From Thermoproteota archaeon (GTDB taxonomy: Archaea > Korarchaeota > Korarchaeia > Korarchaeales > Korarchaeaceae), in NCBI GenBank assembly GCA_037917625.1, contig JAVCBY010000116.1, positions 1 to 30,284 on the forward strand: a stretch of DNA of 30,284 bases, read 5' to 3'. Under the pieces are notes generated by a model. That model saw only the letters and a program-made list of their open reading frames with translations. It made no database searches and was not told where the DNA came from. Position 1 is the stretch's first letter; every line of letters starts with the position of its first letter. The translations under genes and the position numbers were made by a program. Below are positions 8,820-17,519 of this stretch, one piece after another.

Positions 8820-10101
8820 ACTTGACGTTCCTGAACTTCTTCCTCAGCTCGCTCACTTCCTCAGCTACCTTCTTAGGATCCTCCTTATCCAAGAGGACCT
8901 TCCTGTAGAACTTAGCTATTTCCCTCATCTCCTCCTCCCCCATCCCTAACCTCGTCAACTCAGCCACACCTAGCCTCAAGCCTCCTGGATCCCTGAAGCT
9001 CCTCCCCCTCTTTATGTCCCAAGGCAGTAAGTTCCTATTCACTATTATATTCGCCTCCTCCAGGAGCTTCTCGCATTTATACCCCCCTCCCAGAGCGTCC
9101 ACATCTAAGAGTACTTGATGAGACTGCGTGAAGCCTAAATGCTCAGCTACTACTGAGAAGCCCTCATCATGGAGCGCTTGAGCTAGGGCTTTAGCATTCC
9201 TCACTACTGCTCTCGCATATTCCTCCCCGAATGCTAACATCTCAGCTGCAGCTAGGGCTAACGCTGCCACAGAGTGCAAGTGGTGATTGCTCAGGAGACC
9301 GGGAAAATTAGCTAATTTTATCTTTTCAAATTTCTCCTCATCGTTAGTGACGACTGCCCCATGCTGAGGACCGAAGAAAGTCTTGTGAGTGCTCATCGAC
9401 ATCACATCCGCTCCTTCCTCCATAGGCTGTTGGAACTGCTTCCCAGCTATGAGGCCAGCTACATGAGCTGCATCATAATGTAAAAGAGCTCCTATTGACT
9501 TGCATACATTAGAGAGCTCCTTAACAGGATGAGGGAAGAGTATCACGCTCCCTCCAAGTATTACTAGCTTAGGCTTGTTCTCCTCTATCCTCTTTATGCT
9601 CTTATCAACATCTATATTCATGTTATGATCATCGAAAGCCAGGTACTTGACATCGAGCCCCCTGACAGCTCCAGCAGTCCCTCCGATGAACTGACCCTCG
9701 CTTCCCCTGAGGGGCCCCATGCTTATGTGCCCTCCTTTCGTTATCGGGAGGGCCATCGCTACATCCCCAGGATTAGTGAATGCAGTATATACAGCTAAAT
9801 TTGCGATTACACCGCTTATTGGCCTTACATCAGCGAACTTAACGTTAAAAAGCTTCTTAACTAGCTCTATAGCTATTGATTCTACTTCATCTATGTACTT
9901 AGTCCCCGCGTAAACCCTCTCCCCCACCCATCCCTCAGCGTATCTATGACCGAAATCTGAGGTCATAGCTTTTTTAACAGCTGGGCTAGTTACGTTCTCG
10001 CTCGCTATCATCGGGAGGGATGAATCGAACCACTTATGATGCTCCAGTATTGATGATTTAACCCTCTCATATGCCTCGATAGGATCCAAAGCGACACCCA
10101 A
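8785..10101 (-). CDS. glyA: Serine hydroxymethyltransferase
   Basis: IASEN, RYAEG, GGHISM, YDAAHVAGLIAG, STHKTFFGPQHG, GLRLG motifs. Confidence 0.97.
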   Translation of the reverse strand: MGVALDPIEAYERVKSSILEHHKWFDSSLPMIASENVTSPAVKKAMTSDFGHRYAEGWVGERVYAGTKYIDEVESIAIELVKKLFNVKFADVRPISGVIANLAVYTAFTNPGDVAMALPITKGGHISMGPLRGSEGQFIGGTAGAVRGLDVKYLAFDDHNMNIDVDKSIKRIEENKPKLVILGGSVILFPHPVKELSNVCKSIGALLHYDAAHVAGLIAGKQFQQPMEEGADVMSMSTHKTFFGPQHGAVVTNDEEKFEKIKLANFPGLLSNHHLHSVAALALAAAEMLAFGEEYARAVVRNAKALAQALHDEGFSVVAEHLGFTQSHQVLLDVDALGGGYKCEKLLEEANIIVNRNLLPWDIKRGRSFRDPGGLRLGVAELTRLGMGEEEMREIAKFYRKVLLDKEDPKKVAEEVSELRKKFRNVKYAFEEGPAYEY

Positions 10102-10148
10102 GGATCATTGAAGAGTAAGTTATTAATTTAGTTTACTCGTCCTCCCCA

Positions 10149-11327
10149 ATGCTCGAAAGTTACGTGCTCAGATGTTTGAGCTGCGGAGCTACGTATGAGT
10201 CGGATCCCTGGTTGATGAGGTGCCCCTCATGCGAGGGGCTGCTTGAACCGAAGCTAATCGATGTTAAGGTCTCCTGGGAGGATTTCAGGAGCAGGAAGTT
10301 CTATGTTTGGAGGTATAGGGAGCTCCTCCCTAGAGTGAGGCATCCAGTGACGATGGGGGAGGGGGGAACTCCCCTCATAGAGCTTGGAAATAACTTGTTC
10401 GTTAAGTTCGAGGGAGCCAATCCGACTGGGTCATTCAAGGACAGAGGAATGTCGGTCGCTATGAGTATAGCGAGAGAGATCGGGGTTAGGAGCGTTATCT
10501 GTGCCTCTACAGGAAATACTGCTGCTTCTATGTCAGCTTACGCTGCTAGAGCAGGTTTAAAGAGCTTCATAATCCTACCTAAGGGTAAGGTAGCTAAGGG
10601 GAAGCTTGCACAAGCCTCTCTTCACGGGGCCATAATAATAGAGATAAGCGGGTCCTTCGATGAAGCCCTCGAGGCTGTAATAGAGGCATCAGGAAAGGAA
10701 TTGGGACTTTATCCACTCAATTCATTCAATCCTTGGAGGTTGGAGGGACAGAAGACCTTAGCTTATGAGATATCAGATGAGCTCGGCGTCCCCGACTGGG
10801 TAATTCTACCAGTGGGTAACGCTGGGAATATATCAGCTATATGGAAGGGGTTCAAGGAGCTCAAGAGCTTAGGGCTCATAGATAAGCTTCCCAGACTCGT
10901 GGGAGTGCAAGCTCGTGGGGCGTCCCCTCTAGTCAGGGCATTCAAGGAGGGGAAGATGGAGTTCTTCGAGAGACCCGAGACAGTGGCTACAGCCATAAGG
11001 ATAGGGAGGCCAGTGAACTGGCCAAAGGCATTGCTAGCTCTCAAGGAGAGCGATGGTATAGCGATTGATGTGAGCGATCAGGAGATATTAAGGGCTCAGA
11101 TGATGCTGGGGAGGATGGGGATTGGAGTCGAGCCAGCGTCAGCAGCTCCTTATGCAGCTTACCTCGACCTCATAGGGAGGGAGATAGCTGAAGATGAGAG
11201 AGTAGTATTAATAGCCACGGGCCACGCGTTGAAGGACCCGGATATCATACCCACCCCGAAGCCAATTGAGGCATCTAGTGTAGAGGAAGCTGTTGAGGAG
11301 ATAAGGGGGGTGATCGGACGAGAGTAA
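10149..11327 (+). CDS. thrC: Threonine synthase
   Basis: N-terminal CxxC...CxxC, GEGGTPL, NPTGSFKDRG, CASTGNTAAS, PVGNAGN, TGHALKD. Confidence 0.95.
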   Translation: MLESYVLRCLSCGATYESDPWLMRCPSCEGLLEPKLIDVKVSWEDFRSRKFYVWRYRELLPRVRHPVTMGEGGTPLIELGNNLFVKFEGANPTGSFKDRGMSVAMSIAREIGVRSVICASTGNTAASMSAYAARAGLKSFIILPKGKVAKGKLAQASLHGAIIIEISGSFDEALEAVIEASGKELGLYPLNSFNPWRLEGQKTLAYEISDELGVPDWVILPVGNAGNISAIWKGFKELKSLGLIDKLPRLVGVQARGASPLVRAFKEGKMEFFERPETVATAIRIGRPVNWPKALLALKESDGIAIDVSDQEILRAQMMLGRMGIGVEPASAAPYAAYLDLIGREIAEDERVVLIATGHALKDPDIIPTPKPIEASSVEEAVEEIRGVIGRE

Positions 11328-12220
11328 GGGCTTTCTGCTCTAGCGCTAACTTAGGACCCGGATATGACATATTGGGGCTAGCCCTAAATGCTTTTTACGA
11401 CATAGTTGAGGTGGAGTTAGTTAAGGGGGATGGCCGGGCCAAGGTCGTGGATATCAAAGGGCCTTATTCGAGCTCCATACCTCTAGGAGAGAGGAACTCG
11501 GCAGCTGAGGCTGCTAGAGCAGCTCTAAAGTTGGCTGAGCAGAGGTTAGATGCGAGGATAAGGATATGGAAGGGGGTTCCCCCTAGGAGGGGGCTCGGTA
11601 GCAGCGGAGCTTCAGCTGCCGCTACTGTGAGAGCCATAGATATAATACTGGGAGGCGTGTTGAAAGATGAAGAGTTAGTTAAAGCAGCTAGTGAGGGTGA
11701 GAGGGTTTCTTCTGGGTCATCACATCCAGATAATGTAGCTCCTTCCCTCTTCGGTGGCCTCGTCGTAATAGGGAGGGAGATACTCAAGTTCAAACCTGAC
11801 TTCGAGTTCCTACTAGCTATACCTTGGATCGATGTCCCTGAGAACAAAACTGAGTATATGAGAAATTTGATACCGAGAGAAGTGCCTTTAGATAAATTCA
11901 CAAGGCATTGCTTGCACCTCTCCCACTTAATGCTAGGTATAGCTTTGAGAGATGCGAGGATCTTCGGAGAGGGGATGAATTACTCCTTCGTAGATGAGTG
12001 CAGGGCACCATCGATCCCAGGATTCTATGAGTTGAGGAAGAGAGCCTTTGAGAACGGAGCTCTCGGCGTTTCTATAAGCGGAGCGGGCCCCAGTATTCTC
12101 ATCCTATGTGAGGATTGCCCTAAAGTGTCTAAGGCGCTAAGAGAGGAATTTAAGAGGCTTGGGATCCCCGCTACGATATTAAGGGCTTCTCCTGCTGAGG
12201 GAGCATCTCCCTCTGAATGA
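11318..12220 (+). CDS. thrB: Homoserine kinase (start codon position reads ACG)
   Basis: GHMP motifs PPRRGLGSSGAS, HPDNVAPS, ISGAGPS. The conserved N-terminal RVRAFCSSANLGPGYDILGLAL lies in frame upstream of the track's TTG 11372. No ATG/GTG/TTG occurs between the in-frame stop at 11294 and 11372. Confidence 0.9.
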   Translation, partial: TRVRAFCSSANLGPGYDILGLALNAFYDIVEVELVKGDGRAKVVDIKGPYSSSIPLGERNSAAEAARAALKLAEQRLDARIRIWKGVPPRRGLGSSGASAAATVRAIDIILGGVLKDEELVKAASEGERVSSGSSHPDNVAPSLFGGLVVIGREILKFKPDFEFLLAIPWIDVPENKTEYMRNLIPREVPLDKFTRHCLHLSHLMLGIALRDARIFGEGMNYSFVDECRAPSIPGFYELRKRAFENGALGVSISGAGPSILILCEDCPKVSKALREEFKRLGIPATILRASPAEGASPSE

Positions 12221-12370
12221 TGTCATGCTATTGAGGAGTCCCTCGGGCCCAATAGTTCGCGAGATTTGAACTGAGGTGAGCTTATACGTATTAATCATCC
12301 GACCAACCTTGTAATAATTGAGACAGCTCTCACAATGAAAATTTTTATTTCTCTCCCATCAGGTCACCTT

Positions 12371-13459
12371 ATGAAGATAAGGATAAGGGGAGGTTACTTC
12401 ATCCCCGATCTTGAATCACCTAAGGAAGCTCACATCGAGTTAACTAACGAGTGTAACTTGAATTGCACGATCTGTTACAGGAGATGGTTCGAGAGATCTG
12501 GCTTCATGGATTTAGATCTCTTTAAGAAAATACTTTCTGACCTCAAGGATATCGGAGTTAAGAGCATATGGTTCGATGGGTTCGGGGAGCCTACTTTCCA
12601 CCCGAAATTCGAGGAGCTCTCGAGTATTGCATCTAGGGACTTCGAGCTCAATCTCGTAACTAACGGTACGCTCGTAGGTAGCAAGCTGAAATGCATATCT
12701 GAGAACTTCACGAACGTTTTCGTCAGCTTAGAAGCTTCTGATCCCTCGTTATACTATGGAGTGAGGGGATTCGAATTTGAGAGGCTGAATGATGCTGTGA
12801 GATCTCTAGTTAGGGAGGGGGTGAGGGTCTGGATCTCTACAGTCCTCTTGAGGAGTACTTATGAAGCTCTCCCCTCCTTAGTGAAGTGGGCCTCCGAGCT
12901 AGGCATAAGGGGAATACTGACCTCTAACCTCATTCCTACGAGCGAGCAGATGAGTGAGGAAAAGTTATATGGTAGGGTTGAGGTGGATCACGTCTCAGAG
13001 GTCATGAGAGAGTCCTGGATCCTCGCTACTTCGAATAGCATGAAGCTACTGGCTCCCTCATTTTATTACAAGAGCGATAAGTGGTGCCCGTTCATCGAGG
13101 GGAATTCCCTCGCTATAACATATGAGGGAGATGTCTCCCCCTGCCTCTTCACTCTTCACGACTATAGGGCTTGGATTGAGGGAAAGGAAGTCCAAGTGAA
13201 GCAGGTAAGCTTCGGAAATTTGAGAGAGAGGAGCCTAAGGGAAATTTGGTTCTCAGAGGACTATATAACTTTCAGATCTTTCGTGAAGCTCTCTAATTAT
13301 CCATCATGTCACGACTGCCCGGCTTGGGAGGGGTGCCAGATCTCTGAGAGCAATGAATATGATTGCTGGGGCAATTCCCCATCCTGTTCCTTCTGTCCAT
13401 ATTACAGGGGAGTCGTGAGATGTCCTACAGGTCATGCTGTGAGGGGATTGCTCTCCTGA
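12371..13459 (+). CDS. Radical SAM/SPASM protein, tungsten-cofactor oxidoreductase maturase type
   Basis: CNLNCTIC, GFGEP, SPASM CPFI...GDVSPC, and a Cys-rich tail PSCHDC...C...DCWGNSPSCSFC...RCP. ATG 12371 follows TTTTTATT at about -29. Confidence 0.8.
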   Translation: MKIRIRGGYFIPDLESPKEAHIELTNECNLNCTICYRRWFERSGFMDLDLFKKILSDLKDIGVKSIWFDGFGEPTFHPKFEELSSIASRDFELNLVTNGTLVGSKLKCISENFTNVFVSLEASDPSLYYGVRGFEFERLNDAVRSLVREGVRVWISTVLLRSTYEALPSLVKWASELGIRGILTSNLIPTSEQMSEEKLYGRVEVDHVSEVMRESWILATSNSMKLLAPSFYYKSDKWCPFIEGNSLAITYEGDVSPCLFTLHDYRAWIEGKEVQVKQVSFGNLRERSLREIWFSEDYITFRSFVKLSNYPSCHDCPAWEGCQISESNEYDCWGNSPSCSFCPYYRGVVRCPTGHAVRGLLS

Positions 13460-13521
13460 TCAACTCGATGGGGTCATTTTGAACTAGGGAAACTTTTAAA
13501 ATTAGGGCATCCTTAAGCAAG

Positions 13522-13594
13522 GGGCCGGTGGTCTAGTGGCTATGACGCCGCCCTCACACGGCGGAGGTCGTGGGTTCGAGTCCCACCCGGCCCA
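13522..13594 (+). tRNA. tRNA-Val (anticodon CAC)
   Basis: Acceptor GGGCCGG/CCGGCCC-A; anticodon arm CCGCC-CTCACAC-GGCGG; T arm GTGGG-TTCGAGT-CCCAC. CCA not encoded. Upstream GGGAAAC-TTTTAAAA promoter. Confidence 0.97.
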
Positions 13595-14035
13595 CTCTCT
13601 AGGCATGTCGCTCCCGATTCTTCATATCGCTAGCGTAACTGAGCTATTACGAAAAAGTATGCTCCGATAGATCGCAAGAAATTGGGAGAATCGCGGTTCA
13701 GAGGGAACTTTTGGATAGCTTTCATCGAACTCCAGGTTCTCTTGATCCCTTTCCGTATAAACTCTCTCATATAGATAAGGCCATTAAACTGTATGAATAT
13801 TACTTCGATACCCCGATAACTGTCCAGTGTAAAGTTGGGAAAGCGACACTTACGGCAGATATATCCTCGGATCTGCATGCGATCCTATGAGCGGTCTCGG
13901 AATTCATTACCTTACCCCCATGAGTCCATGAGGCCTCGAAGGTCTCTGCCGGGGGTGAGCCTCCTCTCAGAAGCATTTCCGAGAGGCGGACCTCGTCATG
14001 AAGCTACTGAGCCCTCTGAGGATCGTCCAAGTTCA

Positions 14036-14710
14036 TCACCAGTTTTTCAGCGTTATCGCTATAAAATCACCGTCCTTTAATTTAAGAAGCTCCCTGAGAT
14101 TTTCTTTGTGTATTATCTCTAACACATCGAAACCGTAATGCCTCCTCCTAGGGAATACTGAGTACGCCTCTATCTCGCTATTGATCTTCACGGGGTACAC
14201 TTCCACCTCCCCGAAGGTCCTTCCGCCCTCCGAGAATCCTTGTATCACTTTGGGCACTACCCTCCTCCTCCACTCATCGATCTTTCTCGCATCCTCAGCG
14301 CTCACCCTCAAGTTGAGGGTCCCGGGATATGGTTCGTAACCTATCATCTCAGCGAAAGCTGTTGAATATCCCTTCCTAGATATGTAATAAGCTCCCTCAC
14401 CCATCCCCGAGAAAACCTCCCCCATTATCACTACTTCCCCCCATTCCACACCTTCCAAAGATTCTTTCAATGATAGAAGGAAATCCAAAGCCTTATCTGA
14501 TAATAGGATGAACTGCGCTTTATTTGATGATACCTTGACAAATCCAAGCTCCTCAGCCCTTGAAACCCATCTCGATAGTGTCGCTCTCGAGACCCCCATA
14601 TGCTTCCCGAGTTCTGTGACCTTCACGGGCCTCTTAGTCGCCCCAAGGAACGTTAGAGATACTATTAAATGAGTTACGAAGGGATCCATCCTAGCTGCCC
14701 TCAATTCCAT
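14036..14710 (-). CDS. ribK: HTH-fused CTP-dependent riboflavin kinase (RbkR-type)
   Basis: wHTH (VTELGKHMGVSRATLSRW) plus GEVFSGMGEGAYY, PYPGTLNL, LEII...LRELLKLKDGD. Confidence 0.92.
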   Translation of the reverse strand: MELRAARMDPFVTHLIVSLTFLGATKRPVKVTELGKHMGVSRATLSRWVSRAEELGFVKVSSNKAQFILLSDKALDFLLSLKESLEGVEWGEVVIMGEVFSGMGEGAYYISRKGYSTAFAEMIGYEPYPGTLNLRVSAEDARKIDEWRRRVVPKVIQGFSEGGRTFGEVEVYPVKINSEIEAYSVFPRRRHYGFDVLEIIHKENLRELLKLKDGDFIAITLKNW

Positions 14711-15302
14711 CCCTCCTACTTGCCTTAACGAATATGACCTCGGATATTGTTTTCTCTATCATGATCCTAGCCTCATCAGCTTTCTTCTTCAATGGTATCA
14801 AAGAGTCCGGGAAGATGACAGAGTTTATCTCCTCATATATCTCCTCCATGATCTCTATGAGCTCCTCAGCATCCCTAACGTTTCCCTCCTTCAGATAGTG
14901 GAGGGCTATCCTCCTGAGCTCTCCTACTACATCGCTCACCCCCAGCAAGTATTCCCTAGCCCCCACACCCAGCTCGATGTGATTCGGCACTTCCTCACCC
15001 ATCAATATCTTACAGAGGACTATCCCCTCAACTAGCTCTTGGACGGCATCCCGTATTACGCTCACTATTAGCTCAGAGAAGCCTGGTTTAGATCTGAGCT
15101 CCCCCATGAACTCTCTCGCATCTCTCAATGATTCTAGTAACCTCCTCTCAACATTTTTGAGGTTCCTGAGCTCTCTAGAGTACAATATGGAGTTCCTAGC
15201 TATCGATATCCATCTCCTCGAACTTCTTATTGCCTCTTCCCTTATCTCATTCAGTTCCTCCATTTCCCTTATCGCTAACTCAAGTTGCTCCTTCAGCATC
15301 AT
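14691..15302 (-). CDS. Translin/Trax family protein
   Basis: REEAIRSSR, QELVEG, YLLGVSDVVGELRR, LKKKAD motifs. Start is ATG 15302 or 15317. Confidence 0.88.
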   Translation of the reverse strand: MMLKEQLELAIREMEELNEIREEAIRSSRRWISIARNSILYSRELRNLKNVERRLLESLRDAREFMGELRSKPGFSELIVSVIRDAVQELVEGIVLCKILMGEEVPNHIELGVGAREYLLGVSDVVGELRRIALHYLKEGNVRDAEELIEIMEEIYEEINSVIFPDSLIPLKKKADEARIMIEKTISEVIFVKASRRDGIEGS

Positions 15303-15337
15303 TTTTATCAGTGGCATGTCACATTACGTGATAAAAG

Positions 15338-16315
15338 ATGTTGGCCCTGAGCGTGAGAACCCCCTCCCACGTGAGGAAGTTGATGGAGAAGCAGGGCTAC
15401 AAATTCGTCCTAAATCATTCAGCTGTGAAGCCCTGCTATTGGTTTAGGAAATCTATAATGGAGGGCAGGACTTGCTATAAGAATAAATTTTTCGGTATAC
15501 CTACTTGGAGATGCATCCAAATGACCCCCACAGCTTCATTCTGCAATATGCAGTGCGTTTACTGTTGGAGGTTGAACGCTAGCGACGTTCCTATGTCGCA
15601 GAGGTGGATAGAGGTCCCGGAGGGGAAGTGGGACGATCCTGAGGAGATAGCTGAGGAGAGCGTGAGAGTTCACAGGATGCTAGTGCAGGGATATAAGGGT
15701 GTGAAGGTCTTTAATAAGGATTGGGTTAGGGAAGCTGAGGAACCTAAGCATGCAGCTATATCGCTGACTGGGGAACCGACCCTCTACCCATTCATAGGTG
15801 GGCTAGTGGAGGCCTTCTCCAAGAGGGGGATGACCACCTTCATAGTCACGAACGGCACTATGCCTGAGAGGATAGAGGGGCTGGAGAAGGAGCCCACTCA
15901 ACTCTACGTAACGGTTCCTGCCCCTAATGAGAAGTTGTATGCTGAGATAACCAGACCATTATGGCCGGATGCATGGAATAGGCTTATGAGGACGCTAGAA
16001 CTCCTCCAATCACTCTCATGCCCGACCGTAATGAGGATACCCCTCATGAAAGGATTCAACATGGATGATAAGACCTTAGAGGAATTCTCAGCATTGATAA
16101 GGAGTTATCAACCGACTTATGTAGAGCCTAAAGCATACGAGTGGGTAGGGTATTCGAGGAGGAGGCTCAACAAGTGGAATATGCCTAGGCATCATGAGGT
16201 CAGGGAGTTCGCTGAGAAGCTCTCTGATCTCACTGGCTATAAGATATTGGATGAATCTAAGGAGAGTGGAATAGTGCTACTCTCCAGATTGGAGGGGGCG
16301 ATCAGGTTCTACTGA
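15338..16315 (+). CDS. taw1: 4-demethylwyosine synthase Taw1/TYW1 (radical SAM)
   Basis: HSAVKPCYW, CYKNKFFGI, RCIQMTP, CNMQCVYCWR, HAAISLTGEPTLYP, EPKAY motifs. Confidence 0.95.
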   Translation: MLALSVRTPSHVRKLMEKQGYKFVLNHSAVKPCYWFRKSIMEGRTCYKNKFFGIPTWRCIQMTPTASFCNMQCVYCWRLNASDVPMSQRWIEVPEGKWDDPEEIAEESVRVHRMLVQGYKGVKVFNKDWVREAEEPKHAAISLTGEPTLYPFIGGLVEAFSKRGMTTFIVTNGTMPERIEGLEKEPTQLYVTVPAPNEKLYAEITRPLWPDAWNRLMRTLELLQSLSCPTVMRIPLMKGFNMDDKTLEEFSALIRSYQPTYVEPKAYEWVGYSRRRLNKWNMPRHHEVREFAEKLSDLTGYKILDESKESGIVLLSRLEGAIRFY

Positions 16316-16324
16316 GGTGGTAGT

Positions 16325-17005
16325 TTGAGGGGTATCGTCCTACTCCTAGGGGGCAGGGTATTTGAGGGGATATTCGAGGACCCCAGTAGGTTCAATAAGG
16401 TAATTGAATCGATTAAGGAGGTTCATAGAAGGAGGATGAGCTTAGCTATAGTAACAGGAGGGAGTGAGATCGCTAGAAAATATATAGAAGCTGTTAGGAA
16501 TGCTGGAGGGAGCAAATACATGCAGGATTACGCTGGGATACTCGTGACCAGATTGCACGCCCTCCTAACTATATCCGCTTTAGGTGATCTAGCATACCCG
16601 AAGGTAGTTGAGAGTTATGAGGAAGTAGCCCTAGCTGCTTCCACGAATAAGATACCGGTCTCAGGCGGTATTCATCCTGGCTATTCTACGGATGCTGTAG
16701 CCGCTATAATAGCTGAGAGGCTCAACTACGATACGTTGGTGAAGATGACTGGTGTAGATGGTATATATGATGAAGATCCGAGGAGGAATCCTGGAGCTAG
16801 GAGGATAGAAGAACTTAGCTACGATCTACTTGAGAAGCTCATAATGGAGAAATCATATGATCCAGGAAGATATGAGTTGCTCGACATTACATCAATAAAG
16901 ATCCTCAGGAGATCGTCTATAAAGACGATAATTTTAAGTGCTGATGAACCGATGGCTTTGATCGACCTCTTGGAGGGGAAGAGAGCTGGTAGCTTAGTGA
17001 GGTGA
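16325..17005 (+). CDS. pyrH: Uridylate kinase
   Basis: LGG, VTGGSEIARKYI, DYAGILVTRLHA, GGIHPGYSTDAVAA, VDGIYDEDP. SD GAGGTG upstream. Confidence 0.9.
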   Translation: MRGIVLLLGGRVFEGIFEDPSRFNKVIESIKEVHRRRMSLAIVTGGSEIARKYIEAVRNAGGSKYMQDYAGILVTRLHALLTISALGDLAYPKVVESYEEVALAASTNKIPVSGGIHPGYSTDAVAAIIAERLNYDTLVKMTGVDGIYDEDPRRNPGARRIEELSYDLLEKLIMEKSYDPGRYELLDITSIKILRRSSIKTIILSADEPMALIDLLEGKRAGSLVR

Positions 17006-17009
17006 AATC

Positions 17010-17387
17010 ATGCTCTCAAGGAGAAGTTGGAGAAGGGTTCCTGCCGCTAGGAGGAGAAGAAAGGTCTCTCCATCCGTAAAAGCTGCGATAGAGGAGGCAA
17101 TTTATGGTTCCTTGCTCGCCCTATTCACCTTCCCCATCTCATTATTCATAGCTGAACTAGGGGTCTGGGTGATGATAGTCTGGATGCAACCGCTCGATTT
17201 CATCCTCAACAACTTTTACCTGACGCTCATATTGATTCAAGCACTCTTCTTACTTATACCCGCTTATAATAAGCAACCTATACGGCTATTATTCGCTGCA
17301 CTCGTAGCATATTTGCTCTGGACGGCTCTAGTTTCCCTAGCTTCCTTCGATCCCGTCACTACGCTCTTCGGGAAATTACCCTATTGA
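17010..17387 (+). CDS. Membrane protein with Arg-rich N-terminus, unknown function
   Basis: GAGGTGA SD 4 nt before ATG; RRSWRRVPAARRRRK followed by about three TM segments. Confidence 0.8.
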   Translation: MLSRRSWRRVPAARRRRKVSPSVKAAIEEAIYGSLLALFTFPISLFIAELGVWVMIVWMQPLDFILNNFYLTLILIQALFLLIPAYNKQPIRLLFAALVAYLLWTALVSLASFDPVTTLFGKLPY

Positions 17388-17405
17388 TTTTATCAAAAAT
17401 TTTGA

Positions 17406-17480
17406 TGCTCCGGCCGGGATTTGAACCCGGGTCTGGGGCTCGAAAGGCCCCTATGCTTGACCGGGCTACACCACCGGAGC
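17406..17480 (-). tRNA. tRNA-Glu (anticodon TTC)
   Basis: Reverse complement: acceptor GCTCCGG/CCGGAGC-A, anticodon arm GGGGC-CTTTCGA-GCCCC, T arm CCGGG-TTCAAAT-CCCGG. CCA not encoded. Confidence 0.97.
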
Positions 17481-17519
17481 CCAGGTGAAGAGCGTATGGG
17501 AAATATAAATATTTCGGGA

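Noticed and set aside
12217-12274. Possible C/D sRNA after thrB (ATGATGT...CTGA)
   Set aside because: Imperfect C box and no recognisable D'/C' pair or terminal stem.
13630-14080. Track ORFs 13630-13878 (-) and 13835-14080 (+) as real genes
   Set aside because: Atypical composition, no SD or recognisable motifs, and mutual overlap.
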